Source: Candidatus Multivorans sp.
Lineage (GTDB): Bacteria > Acidobacteriota > Thermoanaerobaculia > Multivoradales > Multivoraceae
Direction: 5' to 3'
DNA: 64,000 nt
Assembly (NCBI GenBank): GCA_965224025.1
Contig: OZ245033.1
Location: 1,952,001-2,016,000 of the forward strand
The translations under genes were made by a program, and so were the position numbers. A model generated the notes under the pieces. It saw only the letters and a program-made list of their open reading frames with translations. It searched no databases and was not told the DNA's origin. Of the stretch, positions 53,343 through 61,898 are shown in pieces; position 1 is the stretch's first letter; each line of letters opens with the position of its first letter.

Positions 53343-54152
53343 CTAGAACAGTAGGTCATCGTCCACCTCCAGACCGCCCGACTCATCTGCCGCTGGCCGT
53401 TCCTCTTCCAACGCCGCAGTGAACCTGACCACGCTGGCAACGTGGTTGAAGATCAAGAGGCTCTCGCTACGACTGAGGACCGGATTGTCGTGGGCGAGGC
53501 TCCGGTCGTTTCGCACCTTGTTGAAAGCCTCCAAGGTCGAGATCGTGGATTTGAGTATCCGTTCCGTCATCTCCGATTCAATGAAACCGTCCGCCCCCAG
53601 CCTCTTGACGTACTCGCCGAACAGGCTGTGGAGTGGCTTGGTCCGTTCAGTGCCGATGTCGCGCTCGCGGCAGAGAACCCGAACGTACTTGACCATGAAC
53701 GTGTGCAGCCGGTCGATTCCGGCTTCCGGTTCGTTCCTGTCGATCGCGTCCCTGACTTCCTTCGCTACGAGTTCAAATGTCGCGCTGGCGCTGTTCGGCG
53801 TCAGCGCTTTGATATCGAGAACCGGGGCGGCTTCCTGAAGCCTCACCGCAATCCGGCGGCACGCAGCGTAGATCTCGCGCTCCTCCGAGTCCTCTGCGGG
53901 AGCGCCGTGGTGGTCAAGCAGGTCGGAGACGAGCTGGCCCGCAACGTGGTTCGGCTCCTTCTTCCAGAAAGCGCGGAGTCGATTCGACTTTGATCCGGTC
54001 GCGTAGTGGTACCTCGCGTCCTCGATGTCCAGGCCGACGCTGTCGAAGACGAACTCCCGGAATGTCCGGTCCACGAAGTCCAGAACCCAGCCGCTCCCCA
54101 TACCTAGGCACCGCTCCAGGCGCTCTCTCTCCATGTAGGACAGGTCGGCCAT
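53343..54152 (-). CDS. Abortive infection family protein (AbiJ-N-like + Abi_C-like)
   Basis: GMGSGWVLDF..., GSKSNRLRAFW, C-terminal RNDRSLAH (RxxxxxH). Confidence 0.75.
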   Translation of the reverse strand: MADLSYMERERLERCLGMGSGWVLDFVDRTFREFVFDSVGLDIEDARYHYATGSKSNRLRAFWKKEPNHVAGQLVSDLLDHHGAPAEDSEEREIYAACRRIAVRLQEAAPVLDIKALTPNSASATFELVAKEVRDAIDRNEPEAGIDRLHTFMVKYVRVLCRERDIGTERTKPLHSLFGEYVKRLGADGFIESEMTERILKSTISTLEAFNKVRNDRSLAHDNPVLSRSESLLIFNHVASVVRFTAALEEERPAADESGGLEVDDDLLF

Positions 54153-54378
54153 CGGACCGCTACCTGGACCTGCTGGCGAAAGGTGCATTCGTTCCAGCGC
54201 GCCGGTCCACCCGGTGCTCCGACAATCTGGTGCCGCTAACATGGTCCAGCAGAGCGCGTCGATCCATCGGGCCCAAGTATAAGTGTCGTTTGAGGGGGCC
54301 TCCGGCCGCCAAGTCCGCGTCATCTCCTGGGCTCATCTCAGGATAGGAGAGTCCACCGCTCGTTGACTCACTCGGTGG

Positions 54379-54774
54379 TCAAGACCAGATCCGTCCCTGC
54401 CAGCCCGATGTCCCTTCGAGCGAGTCGAACTCGGCATCCTTGGAGATCAGCGGACAACCCAGTTCGATCGAGGAAGCGGCGATGAGACGGTCGAACGGAT
54501 CGCGATGCTCCCAGTCGAGCATGCCGGCACGAGCTGCGACGGCCCGCGTGAAGGGAGCGGCCAGCGTCTCGGTCTCCGTCACCAGGGCGCCGACGTGCGG
54601 CTCCATGTCCGGCCATTTGCCGAGTCGCACCTTTCTCGTCACTTCGTAGACACCGATCGGGCTGACATAGACCACGTCGGCTGCGAGCACGGCGGCCTTC
54701 ACGGTGTCCGTCAGGCGCTCCGGCGCCATGAGACTCCAGATCCACGCGTGCGTGTCGAGCAGGACGGAACTCAG
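54379..54774 (-). CDS. vapC: VapC PIN-domain toxin
   Basis: LLDTHAWIW, HRDPFDRL, SKD; apparent CTG start overlapping the antitoxin stop. Confidence 0.88.
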   Translation of the reverse strand: MSSVLLDTHAWIWSLMAPERLTDTVKAAVLAADVVYVSPIGVYEVTRKVRLGKWPDMEPHVGALVTETETLAAPFTRAVAARAGMLDWEHRDPFDRLIAASSIELGCPLISKDAEFDSLEGTSGWQGRIWS

Positions 54775-55001
54775 GACGTTCCTTCCCAGGAAGCCAGTTC
54801 GGCCTCATCCATCGCTTCGTCGAAGTCAGGCACGGTCTTGACCAGATAGGCCAGACTCCCGAAGCGGAACGCCTTCGACGACACCGGAACCAGCCTGACC
54901 GCGGGCTTGCCCCTGCGGGCGATGATCACGTCGTCGCCCGCTTCGGCGGCGACAATGAGCTTCGACAGTTGCGACTTGGCGGCGTGCATGTTGACGAGCA
55001 T
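54771..55001 (-). CDS. Phd/YefM antitoxin
   Basis: VNMHAAKSQLSKLI...GDDVIIARRGKP. Confidence 0.9.
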   Translation of the reverse strand: MLVNMHAAKSQLSKLIVAAEAGDDVIIARRGKPAVRLVPVSSKAFRFGSLAYLVKTVPDFDEAMDEAELASWEGTS

Positions 55002-55013
55002 TGCGCCCTCCTC

Positions 55014-55030
55014 CTAGCTAGTCTAGCTAG
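55014..55030. promoter_or_regulatory. Palindromic operator of the phd-vapC operon
   Basis: CTAGCTAG-T-CTAGCTAG directly upstream of the GGAGG RBS. Confidence 0.65.
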
Positions 55031-55344
55031 ATCAGCGTAACAGCGAATCGTACTACGACCCGGCGCAGTCGCGCCGCTCAACGCCGATGAAGTGAATCGC
55101 GTGTGGAGCGGAGCCGGCCGGAAGGCCGGCGCACCTGTACCTTTCTCGGGTGGATTCTGGTGGGTCGTTGAGAGAGGTGGAATCGACCAGTAGCCGTCGT
55201 GGCTGCGGTAGCTGTGGGAAACCGGCTTGCCGGTTTTCCAAGGTCCGGCGGGAAACGGTCTGCCGTTTTCCGCCGGACCGGCAGCTTCCGCAGCCGGGAC
55301 CGCCGGTCGGTTTCGTTTCCGGCCTGCCGGAGTCACTGAAGGAA

Positions 55345-55501
55345 GGTCGGCAAGCAGCCAGGAGCGACCACCGGCGCACTGTGCTTCGAGCACCTGGCTG
55401 GGACCCGTGCCCTGGCTGCTTCGCCGCGTTGGACGCCCAGTGGAGAGTCAGTGCCTTAGAGCACCAGTACAGGTACGGGCAGGCAACGCGGCATGCCGAC
55501 C
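55345..55501 (+). ncRNA. IS110 bridge RNA (target-binding and donor-binding loops)
   Basis: Two stem/internal-loop modules whose loop sequences match the reconstructed target and donor sites (see findings); the true 5' end may lie near 55150. Confidence 0.85.
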
Positions 55502-55535
55502 AGGCAACACTACCGCAAGGGAGAAGGAGGACGAG

Positions 55536-56789
55536 ATGACCAGGACGTGGTTCGTCGGCGTGGACTGGGGGTCCGAGACCCACCACGTGTGTGTGCTGGA
55601 TCGGGACGGCAAGGTGAGGGGGGAGCGGGCGTTCGACCACAGCGGCAAGGGACTTGCCGCCATGGCCGACTGGCTCCTTGGACATACCCGACCGACGTCT
55701 CCGGACGAGATCGGCGTCGCCATCGAGGTGCCGCACGGACCGGTGGTCGAGACTCTCCTGGAGCGGGGCTTCGCCGTGCATTCGATCAACCCCAAGCAGC
55801 TCGACCGCTTCAGGGACCGCTTCTCCGTCGCCGGCGCCAAGGATGACCGCCGCGATGCACGGGCGCTCGCCGCCGCGCTTCGCACCGACCCCGAGTGCCT
55901 GAACCGCGTGCAACCATCCGATGCAGCCATCGTGATGCTGCGCGAGGTGTCCCGCGGCCGCAAGCAGTTGGTCGGCCAGAAGAACCGCCTGGAGAACCAG
56001 GTCCGCGACCAGCTCTGGCGCTACTACCCGCAGTTTCTCGCCGTGGTCAAGAACGAGGTGTCGGCGCCCTTCGCGCTGGCCTTGTGGCGACTGGCGCCGA
56101 CCCCCGGCAAGGCTCGACGGCTGCGCGAAGCCACGCTCGCCAAACTGCTCAAGGAACACCGCATCCGGCGCCTGACCTCCGCCCAACTGCGCGATCAACT
56201 GCGGGCCGAGCCGATCGCCGTTTCCCCGGACACCGTTAAGGCCGCCGTCGAACACATAGGACTCCTCCGGCCGGTGCTCGACACCGTCTGCCGCCAACTC
56301 GCCGACGCCGACAAGCGGCTGGAGCGGATGACCCGCGCACTCGAGGCCCCGGCCCAACGGGAAAACGACGACGACTCCCCTAAGCCGAGCGACGCCGCCA
56401 TCCTCAGGTCGCTGCCCGGACTCGGCAAGGTCGGCCTCGCCACCCTGCTCTCCGAGGCCGATCAAAGCCTGGGCCGCAGAGACCACGAGGCACTGCGTTG
56501 CCTCTGCGGAGTGGCGCCGGTGACCGTCAAGTCCGGCAAGAAGCTCATCGTCATGCGACGACTCGCCGCCAACGAACACCTCAGCGACGCCGTCTATCAC
56601 TGGGGACGAGTCGCCATCCAGCACGACCCGATCAGCCGCGCCAAGTACGACGCCATGAAAGCCCAGGGAAAGACGCACGGACGCGCCATCAGACAACTCG
56701 TCGACCGACTCCTCGGCGTCGCCTGCGCCATGCTCCGAGACCGAACTCTCTTCGACCCCAACAAGCGATGCCATGCCCAGGTCGCATGA
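55536..56789 (+). CDS. IS110 DEDD recombinase
   Basis: FVGVDW, AIE, KDDRRDA (RuvC-like DEDD); SLPGLG, GVAP..KSG catalytic Ser; GGAGG RBS. Confidence 0.95.
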   Translation: MTRTWFVGVDWGSETHHVCVLDRDGKVRGERAFDHSGKGLAAMADWLLGHTRPTSPDEIGVAIEVPHGPVVETLLERGFAVHSINPKQLDRFRDRFSVAGAKDDRRDARALAAALRTDPECLNRVQPSDAAIVMLREVSRGRKQLVGQKNRLENQVRDQLWRYYPQFLAVVKNEVSAPFALALWRLAPTPGKARRLREATLAKLLKEHRIRRLTSAQLRDQLRAEPIAVSPDTVKAAVEHIGLLRPVLDTVCRQLADADKRLERMTRALEAPAQRENDDDSPKPSDAAILRSLPGLGKVGLATLLSEADQSLGRRDHEALRCLCGVAPVTVKSGKKLIVMRRLAANEHLSDAVYHWGRVAIQHDPISRAKYDAMKAQGKTHGRAIRQLVDRLLGVACAMLRDRTLFDPNKRCHAQVA

Positions 56790-56851
56790 CCTCCCTGACC
56801 CGCAGCAGCCTCCCCAAAACACACTTGCTAAAGGGTGGAGAGTCCCAGTAG

Positions 56852-58381
56852 CTACCCGCTTCCCGGAATCGCCTCGACCAGCAACGTCAGCGCCTTCTGC
56901 AACGACGCGCCGGCATGGCCACCGAACGACCCCTCGTACAGACCGAGCCGGACGACCACCATCTCGTGCGAGGGCACGATGATCGTGCTTTGCCCGCCCG
57001 CGCCCTGCATGCTGAAAGCGCTCTCCGGCAGTGAGGGGTAGCGCCTGTTGCCGCCCCGAGGCGGCTGGTTGATCCAGAAGAAGCCGCCGTAGATGGGCCT
57101 GCCGTCGGCGACCCAGGCCGGCGCCGGTGTGCTGACGAAACGGGCGAGCCCCTCCGGCAGCACGCGCTCGCCGGTCGGCGAGACGCCGTCATCCAGGTAG
57201 AGCTGGCCGAGCCGCGCCCAGGTGCGGCCGGAACCGAAGCCATAGCCGTTCAGCAGGAAGTTGCCGTACGGATCCGCCTCGGCGACGAAGCGCCGTACGC
57301 CGATCCGGTCGAAGAGGTGCTTCTGGGGGAACTGGTGGTAGTTGTCGCCGCGACCCTCGACCGCCAGCCGGACGAGGTGGTTGATCAGGATCGGATCACA
57401 GTTCCGGTAGCGGCCGATCGCGTTCGGGGGCCATTGCGGCGAACGCTCCGTGGCCCAGAGGTGGGAGTTCACCGTGCCGGTGTAGAGGTAGAGGTGGTCC
57501 GGGTAGCCCATCGCCGCCTCGTCGTACTCGGGGTCCCCGGCGTTCACGCATCGCAGGCCGCTCGACATGCGCAAGATGTCCTGGATGCGGATCGTGCCGC
57601 GGACGTCGTCCGGGTCCTGGTGCCAGGAATCGACCGGCGCCAACTGGTCGAGGGTGTAGGCGCCCTGCTCGATCAGCACCCCCATCAGGGTCGCCGACAG
57701 GCTCTTGTTCATCGACCAACTCTCGAGCGGGGTGTCCTTGTCGATGCCATCGCGGTAGCGCTCGGCGACCAGGCGGCCCCGGTGGAGCACGACGAAGGCC
57801 AGGGTCATCGCCTCGGGCTCGAAGGCCGCTTCCACCGCGGCCGCGAGCTTCTCCGCGTCCACGTCGTCCGGGAGCGGCTCATCCGGCAGCGCGTCGCCCA
57901 TCGGCCAGGGGGCGCTCTCATCGAGCGCGCTGGTGACCGAAACCGTCTCGTAGAACGGCGCGACCTCGCCCTTCGGCAGGGACACGCAGCCCTGGTCGCC
58001 GTGCAACACCGCGGTGCGGGTCACGCCGGTGTCGGTCGTGACGTGGACGCGCTGGTTCTCGCGATCGAGCCGGCGTCCCGGTAGCCGGTCCCGGTACCGG
58101 TGGCGAGAGGTGAACCCGCCGATCCAGGTCTGGGCGCCCTCGAAGTCGAGTCCGGTCAGGAAGACGGCGGAGCACAGGACCTTGGCGAACCCGGCGGCCT
58201 CATGCTCGATGAAATCGCCCGGGGGCGGTACGCGGACGGTGTCGAGTTCGTGTTCCTGGCCGCGGGCTACCAGGCTTTCGCTGAGCGTGAGTTCCTGGCC
58301 TGCGGCCGCGGGCTGGTTGCCGCCGGCGTCGGCGCAGCCGGCGAGCAGAGCCGACGTGAGGAAGATCCAGCGGGAGAGCAT
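56852..58381 (-). CDS. Serine hydrolase, beta-lactamase class C fold, lipoprotein
   Basis: Lipobox LAGC, SWSMNK (SxxK), YRN, QGAGGQ. Confidence 0.88.
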   Translation of the reverse strand: MLSRWIFLTSALLAGCADAGGNQPAAAGQELTLSESLVARGQEHELDTVRVPPPGDFIEHEAAGFAKVLCSAVFLTGLDFEGAQTWIGGFTSRHRYRDRLPGRRLDRENQRVHVTTDTGVTRTAVLHGDQGCVSLPKGEVAPFYETVSVTSALDESAPWPMGDALPDEPLPDDVDAEKLAAAVEAAFEPEAMTLAFVVLHRGRLVAERYRDGIDKDTPLESWSMNKSLSATLMGVLIEQGAYTLDQLAPVDSWHQDPDDVRGTIRIQDILRMSSGLRCVNAGDPEYDEAAMGYPDHLYLYTGTVNSHLWATERSPQWPPNAIGRYRNCDPILINHLVRLAVEGRGDNYHQFPQKHLFDRIGVRRFVAEADPYGNFLLNGYGFGSGRTWARLGQLYLDDGVSPTGERVLPEGLARFVSTPAPAWVADGRPIYGGFFWINQPPRGGNRRYPSLPESAFSMQGAGGQSTIIVPSHEMVVVRLGLYEGSFGGHAGASLQKALTLLVEAIPGSG

Positions 58382-60354
58382 CACTCGCCCTCCGGCCGGT
58401 ACCAGATCGGCGATGTCCAGGCCATCTCCTGGATCGCGTCGGGATACGAGCCGTCCGAGCACACGGCCGGACGGTCCTCCGGGGCGAGGCGCTGGCAGTC
58501 GTACGAGGTCCAGCGCGGGCTGGGTTCCTCCACGACCCGCAGGTAGTAGTAGGCGTGCAGGCCCGGATCGAACTCCTCGTCGCGATACACCGTGCAGAGG
58601 CTGTCGTGACCGTTGGGCGACCCGGCGATCGGGATGACCAGGGTGCGGCCGGTCCCATCGGCGTCGACCCAGCCCTTGACGAGCTGGAGCACATGCAGGA
58701 GCCCGGCGTCCTCCGCCGGGTCGCGGGCGGCGAAGGCGAGGAAGGTCGGCGCAGCGCCGGCGGCCGCCTCCGTGAGGTCGCCGCCCATCGGCACGCCGCC
58801 GGCGTACGCCTGGTCGAGCAGGTCCGCCTGGTCGCAGAGATTCGGCGGGTAGTCCCAGCCTCCGAAAAACCGCGGACGGATGCGCGGACCCGAGGTGCCG
58901 AACACCTCACGCCGTTCCATCGCCTCGAAGATCGCGTCGCGGGAGTTCTCGACTGCCCAGACGCCGGCCAGACCGCCGGGATTGCCGTCGATGCCGCTGG
59001 TCAGGAGACCCGGCTGAAGGCGCTCCTCGGGCGTCTGCTCCACGGACACCGCGCCGCCCCAGTCGTCTTCGGCCACCGCCCCCGGCGTCGCCGTGTGCGT
59101 GTCGGTCGACGCGATGATGCCGAGCTTGACCGGATTGAGCCCGGTCTCCATCTCCTCCTCCAGGCCGACGACGAGCGCCGAGCGAACGAAGTCCGTCCGG
59201 TCGACGCAGCCGGCGCCAAGCATGCCCTGGTTGCCGTTCTCGCCCTCCGGGCACTCCTCCGTCCGCAAGGTGGCCTCGCCCGTAAGCAGGGACTGGACCG
59301 TCTCTTCGCGGCCCATCACCCGCACCGCCTCGACGTTGCACAACTCGTCCGGCTCGGCGAACACGGTCGACAGCCCGTTGATGCACTCGGAGCCGCCCTT
59401 GTGCTGGAAGATCTCGATGATCGGTTCCCGCTCCAGCCGCTTCTCGGCGTACCCGCGGCGCGCTTCGAGCGTTCCGGCGAGTCCGCGATACGGCGCCATC
59501 CGACCGTTCGCGAGATTGCTGTTGTGCGGGATCGTCAGGTAGTCGCAACCGGGCCGCGCCGTCCCGTCGCCGCAGACCGCGTCGAGCCCTTGCCAGAGCA
59601 GGCTGTCCGTCGGCGCGTCGATGTACGACACCGGCAGATCGGGCACCTCCGAGCTCCGGAAGACGACGTTGCGGTGGTAGTTCGAGATCCCCGGCGTGCC
59701 GGTGTACTCGTAGCCGACGAAGCTGGTGAAGCTGCACTCCTCCGTCCGGTCGTAGGCGTCCTCCGCCGCGTCGATGATCGCCTCCCAGGGGCTCTTCGCC
59801 CATTCGAGACAGAGCGACCCGTCCTCGCCGCACAGTTCCTCGATGCGGCTCGGCGTCTCGGTCGTGATGACGGCGCCGAGCATCTGCATCCCGACTCGCT
59901 GGTTTGAGCGGGACTCGGTGCAGAACTCGCTGTCGTAGCGCGGGGACTCGGGATCCCGGCACAGGCGGCGCTCGCCCAGGAACTCGCCGTGGTCGGTCAC
60001 CGCGACGAAGTCGAGCGGCCGGTCGATCATGATGCTGCCCTCGGGCGTGCCGTCCGAGCCGATGGGCCAGAACGGGATCGACTCGCCCTTCGCGAAGCGG
60101 TAGGCGTCCGCCGGCGTGGCCCCGGTGCTGTTCGCCGCCGCGTCGAAGGAGAAGCTCGTGTGGACGTGCAGGTCGCCGAACAACGCCTGGCGGAGCGGTG
60201 TCGCGTCGAGGCAGCCGGGCCGGTCTTCCGTGCGCGAGACGGTGCTGCCTGGGATAGCCGGGTCCTGCGAAGTGCCTTCGACCGAAGGACCGGCGCACGC
60301 AACCACGGCGGCGGCCATGAGGATCGGCAGGGCGCGGTACGACTCGTTTCTCAT
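58381..60354 (-). CDS. DUF3604 (PHP-like) lipoprotein
   Basis: FGDLHVHTSFSFD, TDHGE, HRNV, PHNSN, STDTH, AWTSPIWY. Confidence 0.88.
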   Translation of the reverse strand: MRNESYRALPILMAAAVVACAGPSVEGTSQDPAIPGSTVSRTEDRPGCLDATPLRQALFGDLHVHTSFSFDAAANSTGATPADAYRFAKGESIPFWPIGSDGTPEGSIMIDRPLDFVAVTDHGEFLGERRLCRDPESPRYDSEFCTESRSNQRVGMQMLGAVITTETPSRIEELCGEDGSLCLEWAKSPWEAIIDAAEDAYDRTEECSFTSFVGYEYTGTPGISNYHRNVVFRSSEVPDLPVSYIDAPTDSLLWQGLDAVCGDGTARPGCDYLTIPHNSNLANGRMAPYRGLAGTLEARRGYAEKRLEREPIIEIFQHKGGSECINGLSTVFAEPDELCNVEAVRVMGREETVQSLLTGEATLRTEECPEGENGNQGMLGAGCVDRTDFVRSALVVGLEEEMETGLNPVKLGIIASTDTHTATPGAVAEDDWGGAVSVEQTPEERLQPGLLTSGIDGNPGGLAGVWAVENSRDAIFEAMERREVFGTSGPRIRPRFFGGWDYPPNLCDQADLLDQAYAGGVPMGGDLTEAAAGAAPTFLAFAARDPAEDAGLLHVLQLVKGWVDADGTGRTLVIPIAGSPNGHDSLCTVYRDEEFDPGLHAYYYLRVVEEPSPRWTSYDCQRLAPEDRPAVCSDGSYPDAIQEMAWTSPIWYRPEGE

Positions 60355-60457
60355 TCAGTGTCTCCCCATGCGATGCGGTGTGAAGGCCGGCTTCCGGCGG
60401 CACCCCACGGTATCGCCCTCTATAGTGACTTCAATTCAACTTCCAAGGAGAACGCAG

Positions 60458-61798
60458 ATGAAGCCCTCGCTGCCGACCGTTCTCGCCGCCGCCCTGGCGT
60501 CCACCGCCATCGCCGCGCCCGCTTCGAGCGCCGAACCCGACGACGTGCGCTCGCGGTGGGAGACCTCCTGCATGATCCGGCACGACAAGTTCGACTACGT
60601 GCTGCCGGGCGCCATGCGCCGCAACGACATCGACATGTGGATCGTCATCGATCGGGGCCGCGGCACCCAGCCGATGACCCGCGACTTCGGGATCGCGACC
60701 GTCAACGGCCAAGGCTTCTTCATCTTCACCGACCGCGGCGGCGATCGCATCGAACGGATCCAGCTCGGCCCCGAGACCGACCTGGCCAGGGAGTGCGGCG
60801 CCTACGACCGGTTCGGCGACCCGGGCGAGTTGCGGTCGATCGTCGAGGAGCGCGATCCGGAGACCATCGGGCTGAACTACCTTGCCGTGCCCTACGAGTC
60901 CGAGGGACTCCACGTCGCGGACGGACTCACGCACACCGACTTCAAGGGCCTCACGAACGAACTGGGCGAGAAGTACGCGTCGCGCTTCACCTCGGCCCAG
61001 CACCTGATCGCCGACTTCCACGGCGAGCGGGTGGCGGGCGAGATCGTCGAGTTCGCGAAGATCGGCGACCTCACGCGCCGGCTGATCGAACGGGCGCTCT
61101 CGAACGAGGTCGTCACCCCTGGCAAGACGACCCACGCCGAGGTCGCCCGCTGGCTGGAACAGAAGCTGCACGACCACAATCTGCTGCGCGCCTGGTACCC
61201 GACCGTCTACAGCCACCGTCCGGACGGCAGCGAGATCGGCGGCACCGAGCGGGTCATCCAGCGTGGCGACGTGCTGCAGATCGACTGGGGCGCCGGCCGG
61301 AACAACTTCTCCACCGACATCAAGCGCTTCGCCTACGTCCTCCGCGACGGCGAGACCGAGCCGCCGCCGGACGTGCTGAAGACGTTCGCCGAATCGAAGA
61401 AGGTGCAGGAGATCATCCGCAAGCACGTCCGCTCCGGACGAACCGGGCGCGAACAGTTCGACGAACTGAAGCAGATCATTCGCGACGCCGGCTACGTCTA
61501 CACCGAGCTCGAAGAGGCGGGCCCCGACGCGCCCGGCATCGAGGTCAACGTCGGGATGCACGCGGCCGGCAACATCGGCCACGACATGGCCGCCAGCCTG
61601 TTCGAGATCTTCCCCGAGCGGACCAAGTACGTCGTCCGCCCCAACTCGATCATCTCGCTCGAGTACATCGTCTTCATGCCGGCCGAGGAATGGGAAGGCA
61701 ACAAGATCCCCATCAACGTCGAGGAGAACGCGCTGATCACGGAGCGCGGGATCGAGTGGCTCCATCCGCCGCAGGCGCGGGTGTTGGTGATTCGGTAG
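60458..61798 (+). CDS. Secreted M24/Xaa-Pro aminopeptidase-like protein
   Basis: AMRRNDIDMWI, RGDVLQIDWG, TDIKR, H, E, EEN metal ligands. Confidence 0.85.
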   Translation: MKPSLPTVLAAALASTAIAAPASSAEPDDVRSRWETSCMIRHDKFDYVLPGAMRRNDIDMWIVIDRGRGTQPMTRDFGIATVNGQGFFIFTDRGGDRIERIQLGPETDLARECGAYDRFGDPGELRSIVEERDPETIGLNYLAVPYESEGLHVADGLTHTDFKGLTNELGEKYASRFTSAQHLIADFHGERVAGEIVEFAKIGDLTRRLIERALSNEVVTPGKTTHAEVARWLEQKLHDHNLLRAWYPTVYSHRPDGSEIGGTERVIQRGDVLQIDWGAGRNNFSTDIKRFAYVLRDGETEPPPDVLKTFAESKKVQEIIRKHVRSGRTGREQFDELKQIIRDAGYVYTELEEAGPDAPGIEVNVGMHAAGNIGHDMAASLFEIFPERTKYVVRPNSIISLEYIVFMPAEEWEGNKIPINVEENALITERGIEWLHPPQARVLVIR

Positions 61799-61858
61799 TG
61801 CGGCGCCGGGCTTGCCGGCTCGCCTGCGAATGGCGAGTCGGCGCGGGCCGCACTACCG
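61793..61858. repeat. REP-like nested inverted repeat
   Basis: CGGTAGTGCGGC (61793-61804) / GCCGCACTACCG (61847-61858) enclosing a second hairpin. Confidence 0.6.
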
Positions 61859-61898
61859 GGAACAGTGCCAAACCACAACGGGCCACCAAGACAGAGGG

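Larger units (their letters stand above)
55134..56845 (+). mobile_element. IS110-family element flanked by duplicated CC core
   Basis: Ends defined by guide matches; joining the ends creates TTGCTA-17-TACCTT; no TIR. Confidence 0.9.

Noticed and set aside
55187-55194. CCAGTAGC in the IS110 left end, identical to the right junction 56845-56852
   Set aside because: Wrong orientation for a right target guide and outside the bridge loops; may be chance
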